Source: an uncultured Alphaproteobacteria bacterium
GTDB lineage: Bacteria; Pseudomonadota; Alphaproteobacteria; Rs-D84
NCBI GenBank assembly: GCA_947305255.1
Contig: CAMZDE010000001.1
Location: 8,305 to 72,304 of the forward strand
Reading direction: 5' to 3'
DNA length: 64,000 nucleotides
A program made the position numbers and the translations under genes. Shown piece by piece: positions 49,689 to 59,814 of this stretch. The notes under the pieces are model-generated. The model was not told where the DNA came from and did no database searches. It saw only the letters and a program-made list of their open reading frames with translations. Within the stretch, counting starts at the first letter, position 1. Every line of letters starts with the position of its first letter.

Positions 49689-50000
49689 TTACCACCCCTG
49701 CTCTGTTAAATCTAATTCTACGCGTGCCGCTTCTGACATACGAGATATATCCCACGCCGGATCCCAAACCAATTTAACATCAACGTCGCGTCCACCTGCA
49801 ACATTCGTGACATTATCACGAACCTGATTCAAAATATCTTCCATCATAGGACATGTCGGACTGGTGAAAGTCATTTCTATATCAATATTTTTATCGGTCA
49901 CAGATATATTGTATATCAACCCCAAATCCCAAACATTGACCGGAATTTCAGGGTCATAAACTTTTTTAATTTCATCTATGATTTGTTCACGAATATCCAT
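49689..50000 (-). CDS. sufT: Fe-S assembly protein SufT (DUF59/MIP18 family)
   Basis: VYDPEIPVNVWDLGLIY is the DUF59 signature. 103 aa. Confidence 0.7.
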   Translation of the reverse strand: MDIREQIIDEIKKVYDPEIPVNVWDLGLIYNISVTDKNIDIEMTFTSPTCPMMEDILNQVRDNVTNVAGGRDVDVKLVWDPAWDISRMSEAARVELDLTEQGW

Positions 50001-50001
50001 A

Positions 50002-51120
50002 TTATTTCACCACCTGACGAATTGCATCAACCACATATTTTGCATCGTCCATATTATTCCATGGCCCCACAGACAACCGAATCGATCCGTCAATTCCTAG
50101 CATTTTATGACACCACGACGCACACATATTACCAACGCGCAAACATACATCACGCGCACCCATTAACGCCCCGAAATCCAACGCATGCATACCGTCAACA
50201 TAGAAAGTCAACATACACGCATCGCGCGACGTAATAATTTTGATTTTATCGATTTCAGATAATTCATCATGCATAAACGCGATTAAATCGTGTCCCCCCG
50301 ACCAACCGGTCAAAGATTCAATTGCATACGGCAAACCACAAATTTGCGTTAACGGCAGCGTTCCCGCTTCGAATTTTTCAGGCGCACGATTCAAAACCCA
50401 ATTTGATTCATCAATGATTCGATTTATCATTCCGCCACCAAATTTATCCGGCCACCATCTTTCGACATCGCGTATATATAGCACACCAACACCGGTATCC
50501 GCGCCAATTTTATGCCCTGAAAAGACCATAAAATCACAATTCCATTCTTTTACATCTATTTTTTCATGTGCAACATATTGCGATGCATCAACAATAGTAA
50601 TAACGTCTGGATTTTTTTCACGCGCCGCCCGAATAATCGCACCGACATCTTGCGCCACACCAAAAACATTAGACATCGCCGTAATAACAAAAACATCTGT
50701 TTTCGGAATCGAATCGATTTTGATATTGAAATTTTCATCTAAATCGACAATTACTTCACGTCCTATTTTTCCATGGCGCAATAAATTTTCCCACGGTAAC
50801 CGTGCACTATGATGATCTAAATCAGATACCGCGAACGTCGAATCCACGCGATAATCTTTTTGCGTTGTTATCAAATTCACAACCCGATTTAACCCGTCGG
50901 TCGCCCCAGATGTCCAAACTATGTTTTCAGGATTTGCCCCAACAAAGGCGGCCACCGCAGCGCGCGCATCTGCAACCATATTATCAACACCGGCCGCACG
51001 TTCACAAATACCACGTCCGGCATTCGCATACCGATTCGTTAAAAAGTCTGTTTCGGCCCCTATCACGGTCTTTGGCTTTAACCATCCGGCCGCCGCGTCC
51101 ATATAAACGATTTTTTTCAT
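50002..51120 (-). CDS. sufS: cysteine desulfurase SufS (class V aminotransferase)
   Basis: PLP-lysine motif FSGHK and active-site Cys region LRVGNMCAS. Start at MKKIVYMDAAAGW. Confidence 0.8.
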   Translation of the reverse strand: MKKIVYMDAAAGWLKPKTVIGAETDFLTNRYANAGRGICERAAGVDNMVADARAAVAAFVGANPENIVWTSGATDGLNRVVNLITTQKDYRVDSTFAVSDLDHHSARLPWENLLRHGKIGREVIVDLDENFNIKIDSIPKTDVFVITAMSNVFGVAQDVGAIIRAAREKNPDVITIVDASQYVAHEKIDVKEWNCDFMVFSGHKIGADTGVGVLYIRDVERWWPDKFGGGMINRIIDESNWVLNRAPEKFEAGTLPLTQICGLPYAIESLTGWSGGHDLIAFMHDELSEIDKIKIITSRDACMLTFYVDGMHALDFGALMGARDVCLRVGNMCASWCHKMLGIDGSIRLSVGPWNNMDDAKYVVDAIRQVVK

Positions 51121-51200
51121 ATGTGTTTTTCTCTTGCTTTTTGCTATGATTATAATAAACTGAAACGAAATATCAATAGCCAACCAAGGGAGAAAAAATA

Positions 51201-51521
51201 ATGGCATTAAAACACGCTAATGATGAAACATTTGAATCTATGTTGACATCCGGATTGACGTTGGTTGATTTTTGGGCGGCATGGTGTGGCCCATGTCAAA
51301 TGTTTGGTCCAATATTCGAAGATGTCTCGGAATCCGAAAGCGACGTAAATTTTGTAAAATTTGAAATTGATGATACGAATCGTCGTATTCCTGCAAAATT
51401 CGGCATACGCAGCATCCCCAGCGTTCTGGCGTTCAAAGACGGCGAATTAAAGGAAGCACGCACCGGATTAATGGATACGGAAACATTAACCCAATGGATT
51501 AAAGAATTAAAGGTATCGTAA
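51201..51521 (+). CDS. trxA: thioredoxin
   Basis: WAAWCGPCQM active site. 106 aa. Confidence 0.9.
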   Translation: MALKHANDETFESMLTSGLTLVDFWAAWCGPCQMFGPIFEDVSESESDVNFVKFEIDDTNRRIPAKFGIRSIPSVLAFKDGELKEARTGLMDTETLTQWIKELKVS

Positions 51522-51522
51522 A

Positions 51523-51954
51523 ATGGCAAAAAAGAATTTTCTGAACATTGAATTAGACCCCAAATACGTTCCAAAAAAATCAGAAAAATATATGTGTCCT
51601 GAACATTTGGCGTATTTTTACCGTGTATTGTTGGCCCAACGCGAAGAACTGCTTAGCGATCGCGACGACGTATTAAACGACGTCCGTATGGCTGAAAAAA
51701 GCGAAAATGCCGGCGTTGGCGACGAACAGGATCAGGCATCTGCGGAACAAGAAATCACAATGAACCTGCGTATGTCTGAACGCACTGATAATTTGTTGAA
51801 AAAAATCAACGCTGCAATCGAACGCATTGAAAATGGCACATATGGATATAGTGTTATATCTGGGGACGAAATCGGCCTGCAAAGAATGTTGGCGCGTCCA
51901 TTGGCCACAATGACAATCGAAGAACAGGAAGAATACGAACAAAAACGTAAATAA
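51523..51954 (+). CDS. dksA: DksA/TraR-family RNA polymerase-binding transcription factor (no Cys4 zinc finger)
   Basis: Coiled-coil with acidic tip (DEQDQASAEQEI) and C-terminal NGTYGYSVISGDEIGLQRMLARP. The four Zn-finger cysteines are replaced. Confidence 0.7.
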   Translation: MAKKNFLNIELDPKYVPKKSEKYMCPEHLAYFYRVLLAQREELLSDRDDVLNDVRMAEKSENAGVGDEQDQASAEQEITMNLRMSERTDNLLKKINAAIERIENGTYGYSVISGDEIGLQRMLARPLATMTIEEQEEYEQKRK

Positions 51955-51974
51955 AAACAGCAAATAAAAAATGC

Positions 51975-52010
51975 AAAAAAAGCACCGCCAAATCGGCGGT
52001 GTTTTTTTAT
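51975..52010. terminator. bidirectional intrinsic terminator between dksA and copy C
   Basis: CACCGCCAAATCGGCGGTG hairpin with an A-run before it and a T-run after it. Confidence 0.6.
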
Positions 52011-52540
52011 TGTCCAGATGCAGTGACCAATGGCACCTCTGCCACATCGTCATCATCCCACGTGGTATAAATTTCCACACGTTTGTTTGATATCGTGTTA
52101 TTAATATCACTTTTTGCTTGGTTTACCAACCACACAGTACCGCCCAAAGACACCAAAAGGCGTTCTTGATCTCCATCCAAAAACCAATCCAACCCCTCCG
52201 CTTCCAATCCATCACCATCAACCACTTCTGAGATAATATACTCGGAATCCCCATTAACCAATATACCTTGATAACCAGTTAGTCGTGCATCCACTTTATT
52301 CACCGCTGCAATTGCACTGTTATATGCACCTTTGACATAGGCGGTGGTGGCGATATGTTCTTGGTCGGCGGTGTCTATATCAATACGCCCAAACGGTGCG
52401 CCCGCTTGTGTTGTTGGTGCGGGGTGATTCGTATTCTCATGCGCTGGTGCGGTGTACATCGCACCCGAGATATTTTCAGCCATTGCAGTAAATGGTAACG
52501 CCGCGATTATGGCCATTGTTAATATTGTTTTTGTTTTCAT
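52007..52540 (-). CDS. secreted protein of unknown function, HIATTAYVKGAYN/YTTWDDD family, copy C
   Basis: Signal peptide MKTKTILTMAIIAALPFTAMA. Core DQEHIATTAYVKGAYNSAIAAVNKVD. C-terminal IYTTWDDDDVAEVPL. GGAGAG RBS. Confidence 0.6.
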   Translation of the reverse strand: MKTKTILTMAIIAALPFTAMAENISGAMYTAPAHENTNHPAPTTQAGAPFGRIDIDTADQEHIATTAYVKGAYNSAIAAVNKVDARLTGYQGILVNGDSEYIISEVVDGDGLEAEGLDWFLDGDQERLLVSLGGTVWLVNQAKSDINNTISNKRVEIYTTWDDDDVAEVPLVTASGQ

Positions 52541-52745
52541 CGTTTGCTCTCCTTTGTCTTCGACTTTATGACAAAAACAACCGCCCCTATAAAAGGCGGT
52601 TGGAGGCTAGAAACAATTGTAAGTCAAATTGTGCGCCTTATTCGATTTATTCGGCAGCCCTCCAACCGTATGTTGGAGCAATTTTACGTCGCTCAGACGA
52701 ACTTACATCGGGCTTCTAGACCCCATCGGAAAAACACTTCCCGAC
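52541..52745 (-). promoter_or_regulatory. conserved structured 5' leader, copy 3
   Basis: Terminator stem CAACCGCC/GGCGGUUG+UUUUUGU. CUCCAAC/GUUGGAG and GGUUGGAGG/CCUCCAACC alternative pairings. 5' hairpin UCGGGAAGUG..CCGA. Extended -10 TGATAAAAT at 52752-52760. Confidence 0.5.
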
Positions 52746-52850
52746 AAGGTTATTTTATCAAAAATCGTTTTATGGTGCAAATATAAATTTCAATATACGA
52801 AAAACATTTCACCAAATATGGCGTCACAAAAAAACAAAATATTTGAAAAA

Positions 52851-55505
52851 TTAATTAGTCTGCAAAAAACTCGACAAATCAAAAGATGGACTACTCAGGT
52901 TGCCGTCCAACCCTGACAAACCTGTATTGTCGCCCGTATTATAATACCCATTGAACAAAGACGTTACATTCGACAAACCGTCCCCTAAACTAAACCCAGA
53001 CAAATCACCTAAATCAATCCCCAGATTTGATGCATAACTTTTATCTCGTGCTTCTGCATCACGGAATTGTTGTTGCACATCGGAAATAGATTCACTTAAT
53101 TTCTTAATAATCGCATATTCAGTATTCCCAGATGCGCCAACCATTTTTGCGATTGTCACGTTGCTGAATCCGGCTGCAACCAAAGCATTGTAAATATCTG
53201 TTGCATTCGTTGAATCAGCAAACATTCCAATCACAGATTGATTATTTAACGCCGTCAAATCACGCTTACAATTTATACGGTTAACCGAAAAAACAGACGG
53301 ATAAAAATTCGTAAATGTCAAATTGTCTGTATCTGTCACACCCGCAGATTTTAAACATTGTTTTAATTTATCTAATGCGCTGGCTTCTGTCCCTAATAAC
53401 TTGCGCGTTTCTGTACCGGCCGTTCCGTCATCAACCGCAGATTTCAATTTTTTACCCAAATTACCGTTTATCAAAGAATTGGCAACGACACCACCAACAA
53501 TACCAACGCCCGCAGCCGTCGAACCATATTTCAAACGTTTATCCGATTTTTCTGCATCTTTATCAATCTTGGTTTGGTCGTCTTCACTGCCCAACATTTT
53601 TGCACGATAAAGCGAAGCGTACGAACCGCTGGTCACACCAACGTTTTCATCATCATATAATCCCATATCCGCCTTGTCTAAAATTTCTTCGCTTTCAATT
53701 CCAGGTGCCATTCCTAATGATTCTTTTCTTTCTTTCAAACTTTGAGCCAAAGACATATATTCGCTCTTTAACGCGGTCATAGTTTCACCATCGCCCGCCG
53801 GCAATTCAATTTCATCTGCGCCTGCCTTAACCGATTTTCCATTACCGTACGAACAGCGCATTGTTGCAATATATGCATTCATATCAGATTCTGCATCTGC
53901 GTCGGCCTTTTGTTCAGACCAACCTTGGAACGCTTCCATCATTCCCACGCCGGTCGCCGCGGTCGTCAACGCCGTTGCGGTTCGATTTGCCAAAGATTGT
54001 TCTTCTGCTTTGGCATCGGTATAGGCGTCACGTTTTTCTTGTAATTGTTGTGCCTCAAATGCCGCATCTTTGATACATTGTCCATTTTCATAGATATAAC
54101 CTTCTTGGACACATTGGCATATTCCGTCTTGCCATACGGCAACAGATTTACCCAATTTTTTGCAAACATCTTCGTCGCTCTGTGTATATGCAGCGACCAA
54201 CATACAATTTCCATCATCATCCGCATAATCGCATTCGCAACTCAATCCATCAGAACTAAGGTGTGCATATGATACATTACATTCGCATCCACTTGAATCT
54301 GCTTTAAGTGTTGCGCCACCTGTGCAATCCAGCGCAATTGTTCCAGATATAGTAATCCCGCCTTTTGTTGTTGGTTCATTACACGCCGTCAAAACCCCGT
54401 CGGTTTGAACGGGCTCAAACCCAGAATTGCATACACATTTTGTTTGTGTGTCATCTAAAACTGCATTATTCAAACCACATACACACGCCGTATTTTCAGC
54501 ATTCGGCACCGCACCATCCGTGCAATTCAAATCAATAACTTCCGCCGATGCGGGCAACACACAAGTATCCCCGTTCCATTCATATCCCGATTTTTGACAC
54601 ACACATCTAGTACCATTCCATGTCGCATCCTCAATTGGTAAATTACAGCATGCCAACCGTTGCGCCGCCATAGTTTCATCTGGATAATCAGCATTCACAC
54701 TGTTTGGGTATTTCGAATAATAAGTACACGCGGTCAAACATTTCTTTGTTGCATCATCCCATTTTTGGTTTTTTGGACATTTGCCTGTCACAACCCCAGA
54801 ATTTGAACTTTTTTTCTTTTGAATAACCTCTTCTTTTCCTTTGGCACCAACGGTCTCATCAGGCACCGTCCCGGCAGATACCCCACCGCCACCACCGCCA
54901 GAGTCGCCGCTGCCTCCACCCCCAGATGCCTTTGGATCACGTGCACCGGTCCAACATACATCTTGGCAATATTTTGCACCGTTGGCATCATAAACCTGAT
55001 ATTTGCAATAAAAATATGTTCCATCTTGTGTTGATGCAATTTTATGATATTTGCTGATATCGTTCGGACATTCGCCAACATTTTTTGAATTAGCCTTTTC
55101 CCAATAATGATTCATACTGCTTCCACCACATCTATATAACCCCAGTTGGTTACTGGCGGTATAATCGGCCAATTTTGAAATATAATGCGGCCCCAACACA
55201 GCAACATTTGTATATAATTCACAACCATCAACTTTTTCATGGCCACACGACAAGGCCTGACTTGAATTTTTTCCACCTAAAAACAGATAGCGATTATTGT
55301 CATGTACACTGCGTTTGAATGCACTCCATGTTAAATTTTTATTGCCCGCCGCATCATATGTGTATGACGCTTCATCTTGGATAGTTTGCGCCTTGCAATT
55401 ATAAGTGGCCGCCTGTAACGCCGTCCCCGCAAAAACGCACGACAAAAACAGCACAAAAAAAGTTATTTTCTTTACTATCTCTCTCATAATTAAATATTTT
55501 ATCAT
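52851..55505 (-). CDS. large secreted Cys-rich repeat protein (EGF-like CxC modules, Gly-rich linker, C-terminal coiled-coil/Gly-Ser-Asp-rich tail)
   Basis: Signal peptide MIKYLIMREIVKKITFFVLFLSCVFAGTALQA. More than 40 Cys in spaced CxC...G(Y/F)E patterns. GGGGSGDSGGGGGG linker. ATG at 55505 with GGTGG RBS. Confidence 0.55.
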   Translation of the reverse strand: MIKYLIMREIVKKITFFVLFLSCVFAGTALQAATYNCKAQTIQDEASYTYDAAGNKNLTWSAFKRSVHDNNRYLFLGGKNSSQALSCGHEKVDGCELYTNVAVLGPHYISKLADYTASNQLGLYRCGGSSMNHYWEKANSKNVGECPNDISKYHKIASTQDGTYFYCKYQVYDANGAKYCQDVCWTGARDPKASGGGGSGDSGGGGGGVSAGTVPDETVGAKGKEEVIQKKKSSNSGVVTGKCPKNQKWDDATKKCLTACTYYSKYPNSVNADYPDETMAAQRLACCNLPIEDATWNGTRCVCQKSGYEWNGDTCVLPASAEVIDLNCTDGAVPNAENTACVCGLNNAVLDDTQTKCVCNSGFEPVQTDGVLTACNEPTTKGGITISGTIALDCTGGATLKADSSGCECNVSYAHLSSDGLSCECDYADDDGNCMLVAAYTQSDEDVCKKLGKSVAVWQDGICQCVQEGYIYENGQCIKDAAFEAQQLQEKRDAYTDAKAEEQSLANRTATALTTAATGVGMMEAFQGWSEQKADADAESDMNAYIATMRCSYGNGKSVKAGADEIELPAGDGETMTALKSEYMSLAQSLKERKESLGMAPGIESEEILDKADMGLYDDENVGVTSGSYASLYRAKMLGSEDDQTKIDKDAEKSDKRLKYGSTAAGVGIVGGVVANSLINGNLGKKLKSAVDDGTAGTETRKLLGTEASALDKLKQCLKSAGVTDTDNLTFTNFYPSVFSVNRINCKRDLTALNNQSVIGMFADSTNATDIYNALVAAGFSNVTIAKMVGASGNTEYAIIKKLSESISDVQQQFRDAEARDKSYASNLGIDLGDLSGFSLGDGLSNVTSLFNGYYNTGDNTGLSGLDGNLSSPSFDLSSFLQTN

Positions 55506-55589
55506 AAAACCACCAACGAACCAAGACAAAAAACATCGGTCAATGCATAAAAAACATCGACCGATATAGATAAAATCATCATATAAAAA

Positions 55590-55784
55590 CTATTTAGATT
55601 TTTTTGCTGTCTTTTTCGCAACTGGGCGCTTTTTCGGCATTGGCTTTTTATCGTCTTTGATTTCTTTCTTAAACACCTTTACACCATCTGCAATATTTTT
55701 CATCATCGATGGAATTTTTGCAGACCCAAATAAAATCACAACCAATGCGACGATTAAAATTATTTCCCAAATTCCCCATCTCAT
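55590..55784 (-). CDS. tatA: twin-arginine translocase subunit TatA/E
   Basis: MRWGIWEIILIVALVVILFGSAKIPSMMKNIADGVKVFKK matches the TatA TM plus amphipathic helix. 64 aa. Confidence 0.75.
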   Translation of the reverse strand: MRWGIWEIILIVALVVILFGSAKIPSMMKNIADGVKVFKKEIKDDKKPMPKKRPVAKKTAKKSK

Positions 55785-55799
55785 ATTAAATCCTTTTCT

Positions 55800-56585
55800 T
55801 TATTTTGTGACATAACAATCCAGTCCATCAGATTTTGCATTTCTGCAAAAACCATTGGCATCCGCCCCAGAATTGAACGCGATACGCAAACGATAGGTTG
55901 TTTTACCATTCACTTCCGCAGCCAAAATCACGAATTGTTTTCCACTAAATAAACTTTGATGCGCGCTACGTATTTTGTGTTCCGCAGCCTGAGCCAATTC
56001 GCGTGTGCTATACGAACCAAATTGAACATAGATTGAACCAGTGGCCGCCGCTTTTGGTGCCGACGGAGTAATTTTCTTAGCCGGCTTTGCCGCAACCGGT
56101 GCCGCCTTTGGCTTTGGTTGTGGTTTTGCAACCGGTTTTGTTTCTGGTTTATCCGGATTAAATGTCACATCTTTTCTATCTTCGATAACACGAACCGGCG
56201 CACCAACGTTTTCATCAACCACAGGTGGAACAATCGTTGGTTTTGGTTCTGCCTTAACCTCTGGCATAGGCTTTGGTTTTTCAATTGGTTGTGGCATAAC
56301 ATCTATTGGTTTTGGTGGGACCTGTAAATCAGACACAGGTTTTGCCGGCACATCAACCGATATCACCGGTGTATCCAAATCCACAGTCATCGTTGAACCC
56401 GAATCGCCACCAACACGAACAATAATAATCCATGTCGCCAATACGATAATCGCAACACCCAACACCATCAACAACCACGGCCGTTTTGGACGCGGAACAC
56501 TGAAAGGTGCAGCCTCTGGCAATGCGTCAACATCTGCCGCATCGTCTAAATCTAATAAATCTAAATTTTCATCCTTGTCGTTCAT
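55800..56585 (-). CDS. SPOR-domain cell-division protein (FtsN/DedD-like)
   Basis: N-terminal TM, Pro/Lys-rich linker, C-terminal SPOR fold (IYVQFGSYSTRELAQAA...YRLRIAF). Confidence 0.65.
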   Translation of the reverse strand: MNDKDENLDLLDLDDAADVDALPEAAPFSVPRPKRPWLLMVLGVAIIVLATWIIIVRVGGDSGSTMTVDLDTPVISVDVPAKPVSDLQVPPKPIDVMPQPIEKPKPMPEVKAEPKPTIVPPVVDENVGAPVRVIEDRKDVTFNPDKPETKPVAKPQPKPKAAPVAAKPAKKITPSAPKAAATGSIYVQFGSYSTRELAQAAEHKIRSAHQSLFSGKQFVILAAEVNGKTTYRLRIAFNSGADANGFCRNAKSDGLDCYVTK

Positions 56586-56662
56586 GGATTTGCCCTCTTT
56601 TGTTTGTTCATGCGACTATTATATCATAAAAAAACACAATGAACAAACGAATCGTGAAAAAT

Positions 56663-56802
56663 TATTTCGGCATATTTCCAAAATTCGGAGGAACAATCAA
56701 TTTATGATTAGATTCAACAATCGGTTCACTCTCGCATTTACAGCAACCTGCAATGCCAAACGCCACCGAAACAACCGCTAATAACAAGATAATTTTTTTC
56801 AT
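56663..56802 (-). CDS. small putative lipoprotein (46 aa), absent from the ORF track
   Basis: Minus-strand ATG at 56802 preceded by AGGAAG RBS. Encodes MKKIILLLAVVSVAFGIAGCCKCESEPIV... with a lipobox. Stop at 56663. Confidence 0.4.
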
Positions 56803-56857
56803 TTTCTTCCTTTCTGTATATTAATCGGGGGACGCAACACGCCCCCCTTATTCACCA

Positions 56858-58591
56858 CTAGGCCGGCATTTTAACCGCGTTTTTCATATATTCAACAAAT
56901 TCAGACAACGATTTAACCTCTTGCCCTTCTTTGCCCAGATAACGCAAAGTCACCGTTTTGTCGTTCATTTCTTTTTCACCAACAACAGCAATAATCGGCG
57001 TCTTGGCCAACGACAATTCGCGAATCTTGTAATTCACTTTTTCATCCCTTAAATCAGCGCGTGCATAAACGCCTGCATCACGCAATTGTGATACAACGCT
57101 TTCTGCATAATCGCGATATTTTTCAGACACTGGCGCAACGACAACAGGTTCTGGGGACAACCACAATGGCAAATTACCACCCGTTGATTCCAACAAGATT
57201 CCCATAAAACGTTCAATAGAACCCAACATCGCGCGATGCAACATAATTGGACGATGTCTTTCGCCGTCTTCGCCAATATAAGACAAATCAAAACGTTCCG
57301 GCAAATTCATATCCAACTGCACAGTCCCGCATTGCCATACGCGCCCCATAGAATCCTTCAAATAATTATCAATTTTTGGCCCATAGAACGCCGCATCATT
57401 TTCAGCAATTTCATATTCAATGCCGTTTTTATCTAATGCGTTTTTAAGCGCGCCTTCGGCTTTGTCCCAAACTTCATCTGTTCCGATGCGGAATTCAGAC
57501 AACGGACGCGTTGCCAATTTCATCGTGATTTTTTCGAAACCGAATTTGTTGTAAATATCTTTGATGAAACGCAAAATCTTTACAACTTCGCTTTCTAATT
57601 GTTCTTCGGTACAGAATATATGCGCATCATCTTGGGTAAATTCACGAACACGCATTAATCCAGATAACGCACCCGCCGCTTCATAACGGTTCACTTTACC
57701 AAATTCAGCCAAATACATTGGCAAATCTTTATATGATTTTAAGCCCTGACCGAAAACCAACATCCCCCCAGGACAAGACATAGGCTTTACACAAAATACT
57801 TTACCATCTTGGGTTGTTCCTGAATAATTGTGCGCGCCATATTTTGCCCAATGTCCGGATCTTTCCCACAAACATCTATCCATCACAGACGGCGTAGAAA
57901 TTTCAAGGTAATTTGCTCTGTCTTGACGCATACGAATATATTCAATTAATCTGCGATAAATTTTGAAACCTTTGTCATGCCAGAACACGGCCCCCGGCGC
58001 ATATTCTGGTTCAAAATGGAACAAATCCATATCTTTGCCAAGTTTGCGATTATCTCTGGCAGCAGCTTCTTCTTGCTGTTTCAAAAATGTCGCCAATTTT
58101 TCGCCATCTTCAAATGCGTCAACATAAATACGTTGCAACATTTTATTCTTTGAATCGCCCTTCCAATACGCACCGGCCACAGTTCTGATTTTGAAACCAT
58201 CTTTCGGCAAATCTTTGGAACTTTCCACGTGTGGGCCACGACACAAATCAACAAAATCACGGAATTTATAGATTGATAACACTTCGCCATTTGCATCGTA
58301 TTCATTTAACCATTCCATTTTATATGGTTGGTCTTTGAAAATTTCTTTGGCTTCATCTAATGACACTTCGCGTCTTTCGAAACGACCGTCACTTTTAATC
58401 AAAGATTTCATTTCTTTTTCAATTTGTGCAAAATCTTCTTCGCTGAAACGATGTTCGGTATCAAAGTCGTAATAAAACCCGTTTTCAATAGCAGGCCCAC
58501 CTGCGAATTTAACATCAGGGTACAATTTTTGCACCGCCGCAGCCATCACGTGTGCCAACGAATGACGAATTAATTCTATTGGATATGACAT
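56858..58591 (-). CDS. thrS: threonine--tRNA ligase (lacks the N-terminal TGS domain)
   Basis: Editing-domain start HSLAHVMAAAVQKLYP...GFYYDFD, class II core motifs and C-terminal anticodon-binding domain. 577 aa. Confidence 0.9.
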   Translation of the reverse strand: MSYPIELIRHSLAHVMAAAVQKLYPDVKFAGGPAIENGFYYDFDTEHRFSEEDFAQIEKEMKSLIKSDGRFERREVSLDEAKEIFKDQPYKMEWLNEYDANGEVLSIYKFRDFVDLCRGPHVESSKDLPKDGFKIRTVAGAYWKGDSKNKMLQRIYVDAFEDGEKLATFLKQQEEAAARDNRKLGKDMDLFHFEPEYAPGAVFWHDKGFKIYRRLIEYIRMRQDRANYLEISTPSVMDRCLWERSGHWAKYGAHNYSGTTQDGKVFCVKPMSCPGGMLVFGQGLKSYKDLPMYLAEFGKVNRYEAAGALSGLMRVREFTQDDAHIFCTEEQLESEVVKILRFIKDIYNKFGFEKITMKLATRPLSEFRIGTDEVWDKAEGALKNALDKNGIEYEIAENDAAFYGPKIDNYLKDSMGRVWQCGTVQLDMNLPERFDLSYIGEDGERHRPIMLHRAMLGSIERFMGILLESTGGNLPLWLSPEPVVVAPVSEKYRDYAESVVSQLRDAGVYARADLRDEKVNYKIRELSLAKTPIIAVVGEKEMNDKTVTLRYLGKEGQEVKSLSEFVEYMKNAVKMPA

Positions 58592-58770
58592 AATAATTTA
58601 CCTTTTTATTTATTTGTTTTTTATTTAATTGCTTGCTTATTTTAATACGCGCGTAAATTTTGCGCAAATGAAATCTTATACCCCCAAAGGGGTTGTAGTT
58701 GTGGTTGTTGTAAAAACAAATAATCTATAAAACATGCTTTACATTTTAATACTATAAAAATCAAAAGTCA

Positions 58771-58802
58771 AAAAAAATCCGCCGTTTCGGCGGATTTTTT
58801 TA
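58771..58802 (-). terminator. intrinsic terminator downstream of the TPR protein gene
   Basis: ATCCGCCGTTTCGGCGGAT hairpin flanked by A and T runs. Confidence 0.55.
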
Positions 58803-58812
58803 ATCATTCACT

Positions 58813-59781
58813 TTAATTCAGACCATTTATTAAATTTTGAATCCGATTCGAACTTTCTTCATCATTCAAAGCCATCGCGATTGCGAACGCAGATTCCAAA
58901 TCGCTACGGGCTGCATCAACATTGCCCAAATTCAGATTCAACGCCGCAGATTTTTCAAAATAAGACATCGCACTACTGGATTGCGCTTCGCGGTCTTCCT
59001 GACTTGGCGCAGCCTGAATTTGTTCAGATATCACGCGTATCGCCGACGTATAATCATTGATTGCATTTTGATATTCACCCAACGCAGTGTACGCTTCGGC
59101 ACGTTCTGCATAAACATTCGAAGAAATGCTGCCTTCGTCACGCGCCAAAGAATTAGTATAATCCGCAACTGCACCCTGCCAGTTTTTCAACCACAAATTC
59201 AATTGTCCGCGTTTTGCATATAAATTGCGCATAGACAACACATCAGACGGTTTCATCGATTGTGCCGCCAACGCATTATTAATATCATTCAGCGCAGAAT
59301 CATAATTTTCAAGACGCATATTCAACAATGCACGATCATAAAACGCGACCGCATTCATGCCATCAATTTCAATCGCCGAATTAAAATCTTCCAACGCTTT
59401 TTGATAATCGCCCATCTGAAGATACATTTCACCACGCAATGTCAAACTATCCGATGTTGCATTCGCATCAATCGCAACACTTAAATCAGAGATAGCCTCT
59501 TCCATATTTCCCGCGGCCAACTTTTCCTTAGCGGCGTCCATATAATCATTATGTTGCATTAATTTTTCTTCGACAATGTCAACACGGTTTCTTGATGGGT
59601 GCAAAAATTCATGACTGCGTCCCAAAATATAAAACGTCGCCGCGATAAAGAACAAGATAATGAACCAATACACATAAATTGTCCACGACCATACACCGCC
59701 GGTACAGCAAGTTTCTTTGTCGTACGATTTCTTCAAAGGTGCGACATTTCTGGTTTTTTTCGTGGTTTTTGTTTTTTTCAT
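58813..59781 (-). CDS. membrane-anchored TPR-repeat protein
   Basis: N-terminal TM (VYWFIILFFIAATFYIL) followed by several TPR-like repeats (Y..A...Y......A...). Confidence 0.6.
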   Translation of the reverse strand: MKKTKTTKKTRNVAPLKKSYDKETCCTGGVWSWTIYVYWFIILFFIAATFYILGRSHEFLHPSRNRVDIVEEKLMQHNDYMDAAKEKLAAGNMEEAISDLSVAIDANATSDSLTLRGEMYLQMGDYQKALEDFNSAIEIDGMNAVAFYDRALLNMRLENYDSALNDINNALAAQSMKPSDVLSMRNLYAKRGQLNLWLKNWQGAVADYTNSLARDEGSISSNVYAERAEAYTALGEYQNAINDYTSAIRVISEQIQAAPSQEDREAQSSSAMSYFEKSAALNLNLGNVDAARSDLESAFAIAMALNDEESSNRIQNLINGLN

Positions 59782-59814
59782 GATGGAATCTCCCTCTCCT
59801 TAGTTATTTCAATT

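Noticed and set aside
56041-56781. 246-aa plus-strand ORF (Gly/Thr/Ser-rich) overlapping the SPOR-protein gene
   Set aside because: Entirely antisense to a well-supported minus-strand gene whose Pro/Lys-rich linker creates an open antisense frame. Low-complexity composition and no RBS.
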